Source: Thermoplasmatota archaeon
Lineage (GTDB): Archaea > Thermoplasmatota > Thermoplasmata > UBA10834
Length of the DNA stretch: 64,000 bases
Direction of reading: 5' to 3'
Assembly: GCA_040751795.1 (NCBI GenBank)
Contig: JBFMHR010000002.1
Location: 256,001 to 320,000, forward strand
A program made the translations under genes and the position numbers. The notes beneath the pieces were generated by a model. It was given only the letters and a program-made list of their open reading frames with translations, had not been told where the DNA came from and did not search any database. Below are positions 52,405-61,245 of this stretch, piece after piece. How positions within the stretch are numbered: the stretch's first letter is position 1; every line of letters begins with the position of its first letter.

Positions 52405-53652
52405 ATGGAGCTGACCATTCTCGTCTATGTACTCCTGATAATAGCATTCGCCAGGATGCTGGGCGAGGTGGTCTCCAGGTTCAACGAGCCCGCGATAGTC
52501 GGCGAGCTCCTCGCCGGCGTCATCCTGGGCCCTTTCCTCCTCGGGGCGGCGACCGACTGGTTCGACGAGATGTACACGTCGTCGTTCATATCGGACCTCG
52601 CGGACCTGGGCATCCTGTTCTTCATGCTCTACGTCGGGATGGAGTTCTCGACCAAGGTCCTCGCCTCGCACCTGCGCCAGGGCGTCGCCATCGCCTCGGT
52701 GGGCGTGGCCACGCCCTTCGTCCTCGGCCTCCTGGCCGGGACGGCCTTCGGGCTCGAGGGCAGGACCCTGGTCTTCGCGGCCATCGCGGTGTCCGTCACC
52801 GCGCTGCCCGTGACGATAAGGATACTCAAGGACCTCGAGGTCCTGGACACCCGCACCAGCGGGGTGATAGTGAGCGCGTCCCTGATCACGGACCTCTTCC
52901 TCCTGTTCGCGATGGCCATGGTCCTCGGGGAGAACGGGGACTCCGCCACGCTGGAGGACGCCCTGATCATGGGCGCGGGCTTCGCGGTCTTCTTCATTCT
53001 CGCCTTCCTGGTGGGCAGGTACCTCGCCCCGTTCGTGTACTCGCTGCTCAAGAGGATGCGGACGGGCGAGGCCGCCTTCGCCCTCGCCATCACGCTCGCC
53101 ATAGGCTTCGCCGTGCTCGCGGAGCACATGGGCCTCCCCACCTTCATCGGCGCGTTCGTCGCCGGCCTCCTGCTCAGGGAGACGGGGAAGGGGCTGAGGA
53201 CCTGGGCCAGGGTGGAGGGGATCCTCTCGGGCATCACGCTCGGCTTCCTCGCGCCGATATTCTTCGTGCTCATAGGCTTCACGGTCGACTTCGGCGCGGT
53301 CGCCGAGTCGATATGGCTCTTCGTCTCGCTGACGGCGGTGGCCCTCGTCGCGAAGGTCGCGGGCTCCTACCTTCCCGCGAGAGTGACCGGCTCCGGCCGG
53401 ACCGAGTCGCTGGCCATCGGGTCCATGATGATGGGCAAGGGCGCGATGGAGCTGGTGTTCGCGCAGATAGCCCTCGAGGCCGGGATCATCGACGGCGAGC
53501 TCTTCTCCGTGCTGGTGCTCATGGCCTTCGTCTCGACCTTCGCGGCGCCGCTGCTGTTCAAGCACTTCTACAACAGGGCCGTGGTGCGCGGGGAGGTCGT
53601 GCGGGAGCCCGGCCCCCCGGCCGACGAGCCCGAGATGCTCCTCGAGCCCTAG
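52405..53652 (+). CDS. Cation:proton antiporter (CPA2/NapA-like)
   Basis: PAIVGELLAGVILGP, TALPVT, ITD, GAFVAG, GKGAMEL; ~12 TM segments. Confidence 0.92.
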   Translation: MELTILVYVLLIIAFARMLGEVVSRFNEPAIVGELLAGVILGPFLLGAATDWFDEMYTSSFISDLADLGILFFMLYVGMEFSTKVLASHLRQGVAIASVGVATPFVLGLLAGTAFGLEGRTLVFAAIAVSVTALPVTIRILKDLEVLDTRTSGVIVSASLITDLFLLFAMAMVLGENGDSATLEDALIMGAGFAVFFILAFLVGRYLAPFVYSLLKRMRTGEAAFALAITLAIGFAVLAEHMGLPTFIGAFVAGLLLRETGKGLRTWARVEGILSGITLGFLAPIFFVLIGFTVDFGAVAESIWLFVSLTAVALVAKVAGSYLPARVTGSGRTESLAIGSMMMGKGAMELVFAQIALEAGIIDGELFSVLVLMAFVSTFAAPLLFKHFYNRAVVRGEVVREPGPPADEPEMLLEP

Positions 53653-54539
53653 CGGGACCGCCCCGTGGCTATCGCGACGCCGGCCGCGATGACTACCGCG
53701 CACACCGCGGTCCAGAGCGCGACCTCCTCGCCCCTTATCACCCAGGCGAAGACGGAGGCGAACACCGGCATCAGGTAGATGAAGAACGCGAGCCTGGAGA
53801 CCTCCTCGTGCTCGAGGGCGCTGAGATAGAGGACCGACGAGGCGGCCGCGCACAGGGCCCCCAGGACGAGCAGGTTGGCCACCGAGGCCGCGTCGAAGTC
53901 GGCCCGCAGGTCCTGTTCCAGCGGGATGCTGAAGGCGAGCATCGCCGTGCCGATGATTATGGACAGGCCGATGACGAGCATGGGCGTGTTCCTCTCGATC
54001 ATCCTCTTGGCCGACACCCAGGCGAGGCCGTATGACGCGGCGGAGATCAGGATGAGGATGTTGGAGACGAAGCCGTCGTCGCCCAGGGAGAGGCCGCCGC
54101 TCGCGACCAGCATGACCGTCCCGCCCATGGCGAGGGCCGTGCCGACGCCCTTGGCGGCGGTCATCCGCTCCTTCAGCAGGACGACGGCGAAGAGCAGCGT
54201 CATCACGGGGCCGGAGGACTGTATCACGGACGCCACGGAGGAGGTCCCGTTCTCCAGCCCCATGTTCTGCAGGGCGTTGGGTATCGTGACGTAGAGCAGG
54301 CCGAGGAGGAGGAGCCCCTTCCACTCCCGCCTGAGCGTCGAGGCCACGTCGGCGAGGTGGTGGCGGGCGAGTAGCACCGCGGCCATGATGGCGGCGGCCG
54401 AGGCGAACCTCAGGAACCCGAGCACTATGGGCGAGAAGTCCTCGAGCCCTGTCTGGATGAGGGGGAAAGCGAGGCCCCAGAGCGCCACGGCCGAGATGGC
54501 CATGGCCGAGACCTTCCAGGCCTTGCTCGGGGCGTCCAT
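53649..54539 (-). CDS. EamA/DMT family transporter
   Basis: LWGLAFP, FLRF, LLKERM, YLMPVF; two EamA repeats. Confidence 0.9.
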   Translation of the reverse strand: MDAPSKAWKVSAMAISAVALWGLAFPLIQTGLEDFSPIVLGFLRFASAAAIMAAVLLARHHLADVASTLRREWKGLLLLGLLYVTIPNALQNMGLENGTSSVASVIQSSGPVMTLLFAVVLLKERMTAAKGVGTALAMGGTVMLVASGGLSLGDDGFVSNILILISAASYGLAWVSAKRMIERNTPMLVIGLSIIIGTAMLAFSIPLEQDLRADFDAASVANLLVLGALCAAASSVLYLSALEHEEVSRLAFFIYLMPVFASVFAWVIRGEEVALWTAVCAVVIAAGVAIATGRSR

Positions 54540-54602
54540 CGGGCGGGGCCATCGCTGAGCCTGTAGTTATTCCTTGCCAAGAGCACGCGAGGAGGTGTGG
54601 CC

Positions 54603-56018
54603 CTAGGCCGACCCGTTCGCCTTCCCCTGCCTCTTCTTCCCGAGGGAGTCGAGCCTCCGCCCTTCGTCGTAGAGGCACCTGAGGGCCTTCGCCGCCCTCA
54701 TGGCGGACGGGTACACGGGTATGTTCTTGACCCTGAGCTCCTGGACGACCTCGTCTATCTCGGGGCCGCCCACCCAGCAGGCGATGATGGGCTTGTTGAG
54801 GTTCCTCTTCTCCTCGACGAGCTTGATCACCGCGCCCACGTACTCCCTGGGCCTCGCGATGCCGGCGTGGACGCAGACCATGATGAGCGCGTCGACGTTC
54901 GGGTCGGAGAGCATGATGCTCCCGGTCGCGTGGTACCTGTGGAACCTCGCGTCCCCCGTGACGTCCAGCGGGTTCCTCGCCGTGGTTATGCCGGGGAGGT
55001 GGGGCTTCAGCGCGTCCGCGGTCTTCTTGGTGATGTTGGTGACCTTGAGGCCCAGGGACTCGCACCAGTCCGCGGTCATGATGCCCGCGCCCCCGCCGTT
55101 GGATATGATGCCCACCCTGTTGCTGTTCGCCGGGGGCTGGTACGCGAGGGCCCTGGCGAAGTCGAAGAGCTCGCCGACGTCGTAGGCCCTCTGGATGTGG
55201 ACCTGCCTGAACGCGGAGTCGTAGACCGCGTCGGAGCCGCTGAGCGAGCCGGTGTGGGTCGAGGCCGCCGCCGAGCCGGCCGGCGTCCTCCCGGCCTTTA
55301 TGGCGACCACGGGCTTCCTGCACCTCCTCGCGGAGTCGAGGAACTTCTTGCCGTCCTTGATGCCCTCGATGTACATGGCGATGACCTTGGTCGCGGGGTC
55401 CGCGTCCAGGTAGTCCAGGAGGTCGGCGTCATCCACGTCGGCCTTGTTGCCCACGCTTATGACCCTGGAGAGGCCGATGTGCTCGCCGTTGGCGTAGTAG
55501 ACCATGCCGACGCAGAGGGCGCCGCTCTGGCTGATGAGGGCGATCTCGCCCCTCTTGGGCATTCCGAAGACGAAGGCCGCGTCGAGGTTGTCGACCGGGT
55601 CCTTGTAGCCGAGGGTGTTGGGCCCGACGAGCCTGATGCCCCCCGAGCGGGCTATCTCGAGGACCTCGTTCTCGAGCGCCCTGCCCCTCTCCCCGGTCTC
55701 CCCGAATCCCGCGGATATCACGACCGCGCCCTTGACCTTCTTGCGGGCGCACTCGGTCATGACCTTAGGTACGAACTCGGCCGGGACGGCGATTATGGCG
55801 AGGTCTATGTCCTCCTTGACCGCGAGGACGCTGGGCTGGGTCTTGAGGCCCATGATCTCCGGCGTCTCGGGGTTGATCGGGTAGACCCTCCCCTTGTAGC
55901 CGTGGACGAGTATGTTCTGGAGTATCTCGTACCCGATCTTCATGGGGCTCCTCGAGGCGCCGACGACTGCTATCGACTTGGGCGAGAAGATCGGTCGCAG
56001 GTCCTCCACGGTTCCCAT
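54603..56018 (-). CDS. acdA: ADP-forming acyl-CoA synthetase alpha subunit
   Basis: AVVGASR CoA-binding, GPNTLG, SQSGA, THTGSL phospho-His, NPLD. Confidence 0.92.
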   Translation of the reverse strand: MGTVEDLRPIFSPKSIAVVGASRSPMKIGYEILQNILVHGYKGRVYPINPETPEIMGLKTQPSVLAVKEDIDLAIIAVPAEFVPKVMTECARKKVKGAVVISAGFGETGERGRALENEVLEIARSGGIRLVGPNTLGYKDPVDNLDAAFVFGMPKRGEIALISQSGALCVGMVYYANGEHIGLSRVISVGNKADVDDADLLDYLDADPATKVIAMYIEGIKDGKKFLDSARRCRKPVVAIKAGRTPAGSAAASTHTGSLSGSDAVYDSAFRQVHIQRAYDVGELFDFARALAYQPPANSNRVGIISNGGGAGIMTADWCESLGLKVTNITKKTADALKPHLPGITTARNPLDVTGDARFHRYHATGSIMLSDPNVDALIMVCVHAGIARPREYVGAVIKLVEEKRNLNKPIIACWVGGPEIDEVVQELRVKNIPVYPSAMRAAKALRCLYDEGRRLDSLGKKRQGKANGSA

Positions 56019-56087
56019 CGGGGTATCACTCTTGACGGAAGAGAGGGCTCTGTCAGTTTAAGCCTTTGCCACCGACCCGTCTGCGGC

Positions 56088-57146
56088 TCAGTACATCCGC
56101 GAGTACCGCGCGAGTATGCTGAGGGCGACCTCCGTGATCCACAGGTCCTTCTCGGGATGAGGCCTGTCCGACTGCATCCAGAAGCCGTCCTTGGAGCGCG
56201 CGCCGAGTATCCACCTTATGGGCCTGTCCATGCGCTCGTCGTCCGGGCCGAAGCCCAGGAAGGTGAGTATGTCCAGGGCGCAGAGGCCGCTGCCGTAGTG
56301 GGTCGGGTACTTCAGCTTGGTCCAGTGCCCCTCGTCCCCGAAGAAGTTGGCGTGGTGGTTCCTCTTGAAGAACCCGTCCAGGACGAAGTCCGCGCCGCGC
56401 AGGGCCCTCCTGTCCCTCGTGGGCCTGATGGTCGCGGACATCCCCCTCACGACCATCATGGTCGTCCAGACGCAGCTCGGGACCCCCCTCAGCCTCGGGT
56501 CCCCCGGGTCGTACTCGAGCCCGCCGTTGACGAGGCGGAGGAAGTCCTTCGTCCTCATGTGCCGGTACTCGGGGAGGTACCTCAGGTCCTGCATATAGGG
56601 TATGAGCCAGCCGCCGTCCTCCCTCTGGATGGAGTAGAGCCAGTCCCTCAGCCTGCGGACCCTGGGGTCGTCCCCGGCGCCCAGCAGCACCGTGTTCCGC
56701 AGCGCGTAGCCGTTGTAGTGCGGGAGGGGGAACCTCTCTCGGGGGCCGGGGATGTACCCCTCCTTGGTCTGCCAGCCGAGGATCCTCTCGACGCACCTGC
56801 CCACCCTCCCCTCGTCCATGGTGGTCAGGCTGTCCCCGAGCGCACCCAGGTTCCTCAGCATGGTGATGTAGGTCCACCCGTAGGGCGGCCCGGGGCCGGC
56901 GTCCTCCTCCGACTTCCTCGCGGGCGATATGGGCCATGTCCCGTCCTCCCTGATCGCCGCCATGAGCGCGAGCCTCGGCGGGTAGGTCCTGCACGCCTCG
57001 GCGGCCGCCCTCAGGGCCGGGTCGTCCGGCGGCCTCGCCAGCACGTCGAAGAGGAGCCAATAGAGCACGGGTGGAGGGGCCACCCTGAGGAGCTTCCTCG
57101 ATGAATCCCTCACCACCTCGTCGATCTCGTCCTTGAGGTTCGGCAA
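56088..57146 (-). CDS. Hypothetical alpha/alpha-toroid protein with QW-like (prenyltransferase/squalene cyclase) repeats
   Basis: Repeats AIREDGTW, WQTKEGY, IQREDGGW, ARSKDGFW. Confidence 0.75.
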   Translation of the reverse strand: MPNLKDEIDEVVRDSSRKLLRVAPPPVLYWLLFDVLARPPDDPALRAAAEACRTYPPRLALMAAIREDGTWPISPARKSEEDAGPGPPYGWTYITMLRNLGALGDSLTTMDEGRVGRCVERILGWQTKEGYIPGPRERFPLPHYNGYALRNTVLLGAGDDPRVRRLRDWLYSIQREDGGWLIPYMQDLRYLPEYRHMRTKDFLRLVNGGLEYDPGDPRLRGVPSCVWTTMMVVRGMSATIRPTRDRRALRGADFVLDGFFKRNHHANFFGDEGHWTKLKYPTHYGSGLCALDILTFLGFGPDDERMDRPIRWILGARSKDGFWMQSDRPHPEKDLWITEVALSILARYSRMY

Positions 57147-57164
57147 CCCCGGTCCCCCGGCCGC

Positions 57165-59225
57165 TCAGGCCTTGGGCGGCCCCGCCTTGGGGAACGCGAC
57201 CCAGAATATTGAACCCTTCGTGTGGTCCCCCGGGACGAGGTCCTCGACCCCCGCCTCGCCCCCGTAGGCCTCCGTGAGCGACTTCACTATGGTGAGGCCG
57301 AGCCCCTGCCCCTTCAGCTGGCTAATCGTGGACAGCCTCTGGTACCTGCTGAAGAGGAGCCCCTTCTTATCGGGGGGCACGCCCTTGCCCTGGTCCTCCA
57401 CCGAGACCCTCCACGCCGGCCTCGTCCCGACCATCGACGCCGAGACCCTGACGGTCACGGGCCTCCCCCCGCCGTACTTCGCCGCGTTGCTGATGAGGTT
57501 CACGAAGATGTCCCCCGCGAGGCCCCCGAGCTCGACCTCCTGCCCATCGCCGCCGTACTCCCTGACGAACTCCACCGCCGCCCCCTCGGGGCGCGCCCTG
57601 ACGTCCTCGATGGCCTCGTCCAGGAGCGGCCGGAGCTCCCGCCTGGACAGCTCCTCGGCCCGCCTGGTCTTCAGCCTCGTGAGCTTGGATATCCTGTCGA
57701 CGAGGACCTCTATCTTGTTCAGCTGCGAGGCCGCGGACGCGGCCATGTCCGCCTTCTTGGACTCCGCGACCCCGGGGTCTCCCATCAGCTGGACGAAGGC
57801 CTTCGCGGCCCCGGCGTAGTTGGCTATGTCGTGGACGAGGAGGTCGTTGTAGAGCCCAAGGGCCGAGCTGATCTCCTCGAGGCGCCTGCCCGCCTCCTCG
57901 AGCTCCGTGACGTCCAGGGCTATCTCCAGGCGGGCGAGCCGCCCGTCCGGCCACTCTATCGCCCTGTCCAGGCACTGGTACCACCTGCCCGTCCGCGTGT
58001 TCTGGAACCTCCACGAGTACGGCCCTGTCGGCCTCCCGTCCCTGACGAGGTGCTGGTTGGTGCAGAAGCTGCAGGGCCCCTCCTGGTCGCTCTGGAGGAC
58101 CTCGTAGCACCGCCTCCCGATTATGTCCTTCCCGAATGCCTCCGTGATCGGCCTGTTGGCCGCGAGGAGCTCGTAGGTCGAGATGTCCGCCACGTACACC
58201 ATCGCGCCGAGCTCGTTCATGATGGTCATGATCTCCCCGAGCTCCTTGCGGACGGACTCCTCCCTCCTCCTGACCTGCTCCATCATCCTCGCATCGTCGC
58301 AGGCCAGGCCGATCTGGCTCGCCACCGCCTCCAGGAAGGCCCCCTCGTGGTGGGACAGGTCCCTCTCGGTCACGGACGCGAGGAGGAGCGCCCCTATCAC
58401 CCTGCCCCTCGCCCTGATCGGCACCCCCGCGGCGCAGCTGACGCACTCCTCCTTCCCGCCGGGCGCGGGCGGGCCAAGGCCGGCCAGCTCGTCCCCGTGG
58501 AGGGCGAACATCCGCCGGTCCCTCATGACCCTCCCGCTCAGCCTGGAGAACAGCTCCCCGCACTGGCGGTGCCCGGGGGGCAGCTGGACCGCGATGCCCC
58601 CGAGGTGGTGCATCGAGATGGCTCCGTGGGAGCAGTGCATCAGGCCCATGACGAGCTCGAGGGACCTCCTCATCACCTCCCCCTCGTCGAGCTCCTCCTG
58701 GGCGGCCGCGAGGGCTATCAGCGTCCCCGCCGTGAACTCCTTGCTCCTTATCTCCTCGAAGACGTCCCCGACGTGCATGGACGCCCAGTAGGTGACGTCG
58801 AGGAGCTTCCTGAACGCGGCGAAGCACTCCTCCTGGTCGTCCGGGCTGCAGCCCCTCCTGACCTCGTCGATGATCGTGCTGGTCCCGATGTTGATGACCC
58901 TCTGGATCTCGGTCAGCTTGAAGCCCATCGAGCTCCTCAGCGAGACCATGCGGTTGGAGAACTCGAAGAGCCGCGAGTAGTCCCCGCTCGCGACGGCGTC
59001 CCTAAGGCCGGCGATCATGTCGTCGACGCTCGCGAGGATCTCCTCCTCGGGCCTGCCCGAGTACTTGGGGCTCGAGGCCATCACCTCCCCGGCCCACCTC
59101 CTCCGAATGGCCTCCCTCCTCTCGTCGAGGACCTTGAGCAGCAAGTCTCCGGTCAATCCAAGGCTCTCCGCGGTCCTGCGAGACACCACCCGTCGTCCGC
59201 TGGTACCGGTCCGAGTATTCGCCAC
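57165..59225 (-). CDS. Cytoplasmic sensor histidine kinase (RsbRD-N globin-like, GAF, PAS, HisKA, HATPase)
   Basis: H-box HDIANY, N-box NLISNAAKY, G1 DQGKG, G2 GQGLGL; GAF (GVPIRARGRVIGAL); PAS (YVADISTYELLAAN). Confidence 0.9.
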   Translation of the reverse strand: MANTRTGTSGRRVVSRRTAESLGLTGDLLLKVLDERREAIRRRWAGEVMASSPKYSGRPEEEILASVDDMIAGLRDAVASGDYSRLFEFSNRMVSLRSSMGFKLTEIQRVINIGTSTIIDEVRRGCSPDDQEECFAAFRKLLDVTYWASMHVGDVFEEIRSKEFTAGTLIALAAAQEELDEGEVMRRSLELVMGLMHCSHGAISMHHLGGIAVQLPPGHRQCGELFSRLSGRVMRDRRMFALHGDELAGLGPPAPGGKEECVSCAAGVPIRARGRVIGALLLASVTERDLSHHEGAFLEAVASQIGLACDDARMMEQVRRREESVRKELGEIMTIMNELGAMVYVADISTYELLAANRPITEAFGKDIIGRRCYEVLQSDQEGPCSFCTNQHLVRDGRPTGPYSWRFQNTRTGRWYQCLDRAIEWPDGRLARLEIALDVTELEEAGRRLEEISSALGLYNDLLVHDIANYAGAAKAFVQLMGDPGVAESKKADMAASAASQLNKIEVLVDRISKLTRLKTRRAEELSRRELRPLLDEAIEDVRARPEGAAVEFVREYGGDGQEVELGGLAGDIFVNLISNAAKYGGGRPVTVRVSASMVGTRPAWRVSVEDQGKGVPPDKKGLLFSRYQRLSTISQLKGQGLGLTIVKSLTEAYGGEAGVEDLVPGDHTKGSIFWVAFPKAGPPKA

Positions 59226-59389
59226 GATACTACTTAAAATCTGCCGTCCAGCCCCCCTGGCCGCGGCTCGCTCGCGGGCCCTGGCCAGGGAGTCGGCGTC
59301 CGCCGTCCCCCTGGGAACGGTTAATATACGCCTAGGCCCTTTTCAGCCGGACACGAAAGGAACGGAGATTCCGACCGGAGGAAGGACAA

Positions 59390-60526
59390 ATGGCTGAGAA
59401 GGTCACAGTCTCTCTCATAAAGGCGGACGTTGGATCGATCGCGGGGCACTCCAGGCCCCACCAGAGGATGATGCAGGTCGCGGGGGAGGCCCTCGCCAAG
59501 GCGGTCCTCGACGGCCTGCTGATAGACTACTACGTCACCAGGTGCGGGGACGACATGCAGCTCCTGATGACCCACAGGAACGGCGAGAACCACAAGGAGG
59601 TCCACAAGACCGCCTGGGACGCCTTCATGGCCGCGGCGGGCGAGGCGAGGAAGATGCACCTGTACGCCGCAGGGCAGGACCTCCTCTCCGACGCCTTCTC
59701 CGGGAACGTCAGGGGCCAGGGCCCCGGCGCGGCGGAGATGGAGTTCGTGGAGAGGCCGACCGAGCCGATGCTCGTGTTCATGGCCGACAAGTGCGGCCCG
59801 TCCGCGTACTCTCTCCCGATAAGCAGGATATTCATGGACCCGTTCACGACCACGGGCCTGGTCATAGACCCGAGGGCCCACATCGGCTACGACCTGGAGG
59901 TCGTGGACGTGGTGGACCACAAGAGCGTCGTCATGAGCTCCCCGGCGGAGATGTACGACATACTCGCGCTCCTGGGCGACACGACGAGGTTCGCGGTCAA
60001 GAGGGTCATGCACAGGGACATAGGCATCGCGGCGACCGTCTCGACGGAGAAGCTCAACATCCTCGCGGGCAAGTACGTCGGCAAGGACGACCCGGTCATG
60101 CTCGTCAGGTGCCAGTCAGGCCTCCCCGCGGTGGGCGAGGTCCTGCAGCCCTTCGCCTTCCCGGCGCTCGTGGCCGGCTGGATGAGGGGCTCGCACTACG
60201 GCGCGTGGTACCCCTGCGGCGTCGACGAGTCCGACCCGACCTACCACGACGGCCCGCCGAGGTTGTGCTGCCTCGGCATCCAGATCAACAACGGCAGGAT
60301 ACAGGGCGCCGAGGCGCCCGGGCTCAAGCCTGGCGACCACAGGCCCATCGACTACTTCGCCGGGCGCGAGTGGGACATCGTCCGGGAGAAGGCCATGGAG
60401 ATATCGATGTACATGAGGGGCCACGGGCCGTTCATGCCGGGGATAGTGGCGCCCGACGACCTCGAGTACACCACCAGGCCCGAGATCCTCAAGAAGCTCG
60501 AGCCGCGGATGAAGCCGCTCGGGTGA
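59390..60526 (+). CDS. fbp: Fructose-1,6-bisphosphate aldolase/phosphatase (class V)
   Basis: IKADVGSIAGH, CGDD, GQDLL, GNVRGQGPG, YVGKDDP, GWMRGSH, DGPPR, EYTT. Confidence 0.96.
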   Translation: MAEKVTVSLIKADVGSIAGHSRPHQRMMQVAGEALAKAVLDGLLIDYYVTRCGDDMQLLMTHRNGENHKEVHKTAWDAFMAAAGEARKMHLYAAGQDLLSDAFSGNVRGQGPGAAEMEFVERPTEPMLVFMADKCGPSAYSLPISRIFMDPFTTTGLVIDPRAHIGYDLEVVDVVDHKSVVMSSPAEMYDILALLGDTTRFAVKRVMHRDIGIAATVSTEKLNILAGKYVGKDDPVMLVRCQSGLPAVGEVLQPFAFPALVAGWMRGSHYGAWYPCGVDESDPTYHDGPPRLCCLGIQINNGRIQGAEAPGLKPGDHRPIDYFAGREWDIVREKAMEISMYMRGHGPFMPGIVAPDDLEYTTRPEILKKLEPRMKPLG

Positions 60527-60539
60527 AGGGGCGGTCGCC

Positions 60540-61217
60540 TTGACCCTCAGGAAGCCGGCCATCGTGGTGAACTTCAAGACCTACCTCGAGTCGAGCGGGG
60601 AGGAGGCGGTCGCGCTGGCCAGGCTGTGCGAGCAGGTCGCCAAGGAGACGGGCTCTTCGATCATAGCCGCGCCGGCGCTCCCCGACCTCGCGCTCGTCGC
60701 GTCGTCGGTCGACATACCCGTCTACGCGCAGCACGTCGACGAGGTCCGCCCCGGCAACACCACGGGCCACGTCACCATGGAGAACATACGCGCCTCGGGT
60801 GCCGCGGGCACGCTCCTCAACCACTCCGAGAGGAGGATCAAGGTCGCCGAGATACACGACCTCATAGGCCTCGCCAGGTCCCTGCACCTCGCGACCATAG
60901 TGTGCACCAACAACCCGGGCGTGAGCGTCGCGTGCGCCGCGATGGGGCCCGACGCGGTCGCGGTCGAGCCGCCGGAGCTCATCGGGGGCGACGTCTCCGT
61001 CACGACGGCGAACCCCGGCATCGTGAGCGACACCGTGCGGGCCATACGCTCCGTGAAGCCCGAGGTCGCCGTCCTCTGCGGCGCGGGCGTCAAGAACGGC
61101 CGGGACGTCGCGAAGGCCATCGAGCTGGGCGCGGACGGCGTGCTCCTGGCATCGGGCGTCGTCAAGGCGAAGGACAGGCGCGCCGTCCTCATGGACCTCG
61201 CGGCCGGCCTCCGCTGA
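60540..61217 (+). CDS. tpiA: Triosephosphate isomerase (archaeal type)
   Basis: VNFKTY, NHSERR, AVEPPELIG, CGAGV, LASGVVKA. Confidence 0.97.
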   Translation: MTLRKPAIVVNFKTYLESSGEEAVALARLCEQVAKETGSSIIAAPALPDLALVASSVDIPVYAQHVDEVRPGNTTGHVTMENIRASGAAGTLLNHSERRIKVAEIHDLIGLARSLHLATIVCTNNPGVSVACAAMGPDAVAVEPPELIGGDVSVTTANPGIVSDTVRAIRSVKPEVAVLCGAGVKNGRDVAKAIELGADGVLLASGVVKAKDRRAVLMDLAAGLR

Positions 61218-61245
61218 GCGCGCGCTACGTGTAGCAGTTCATCAT

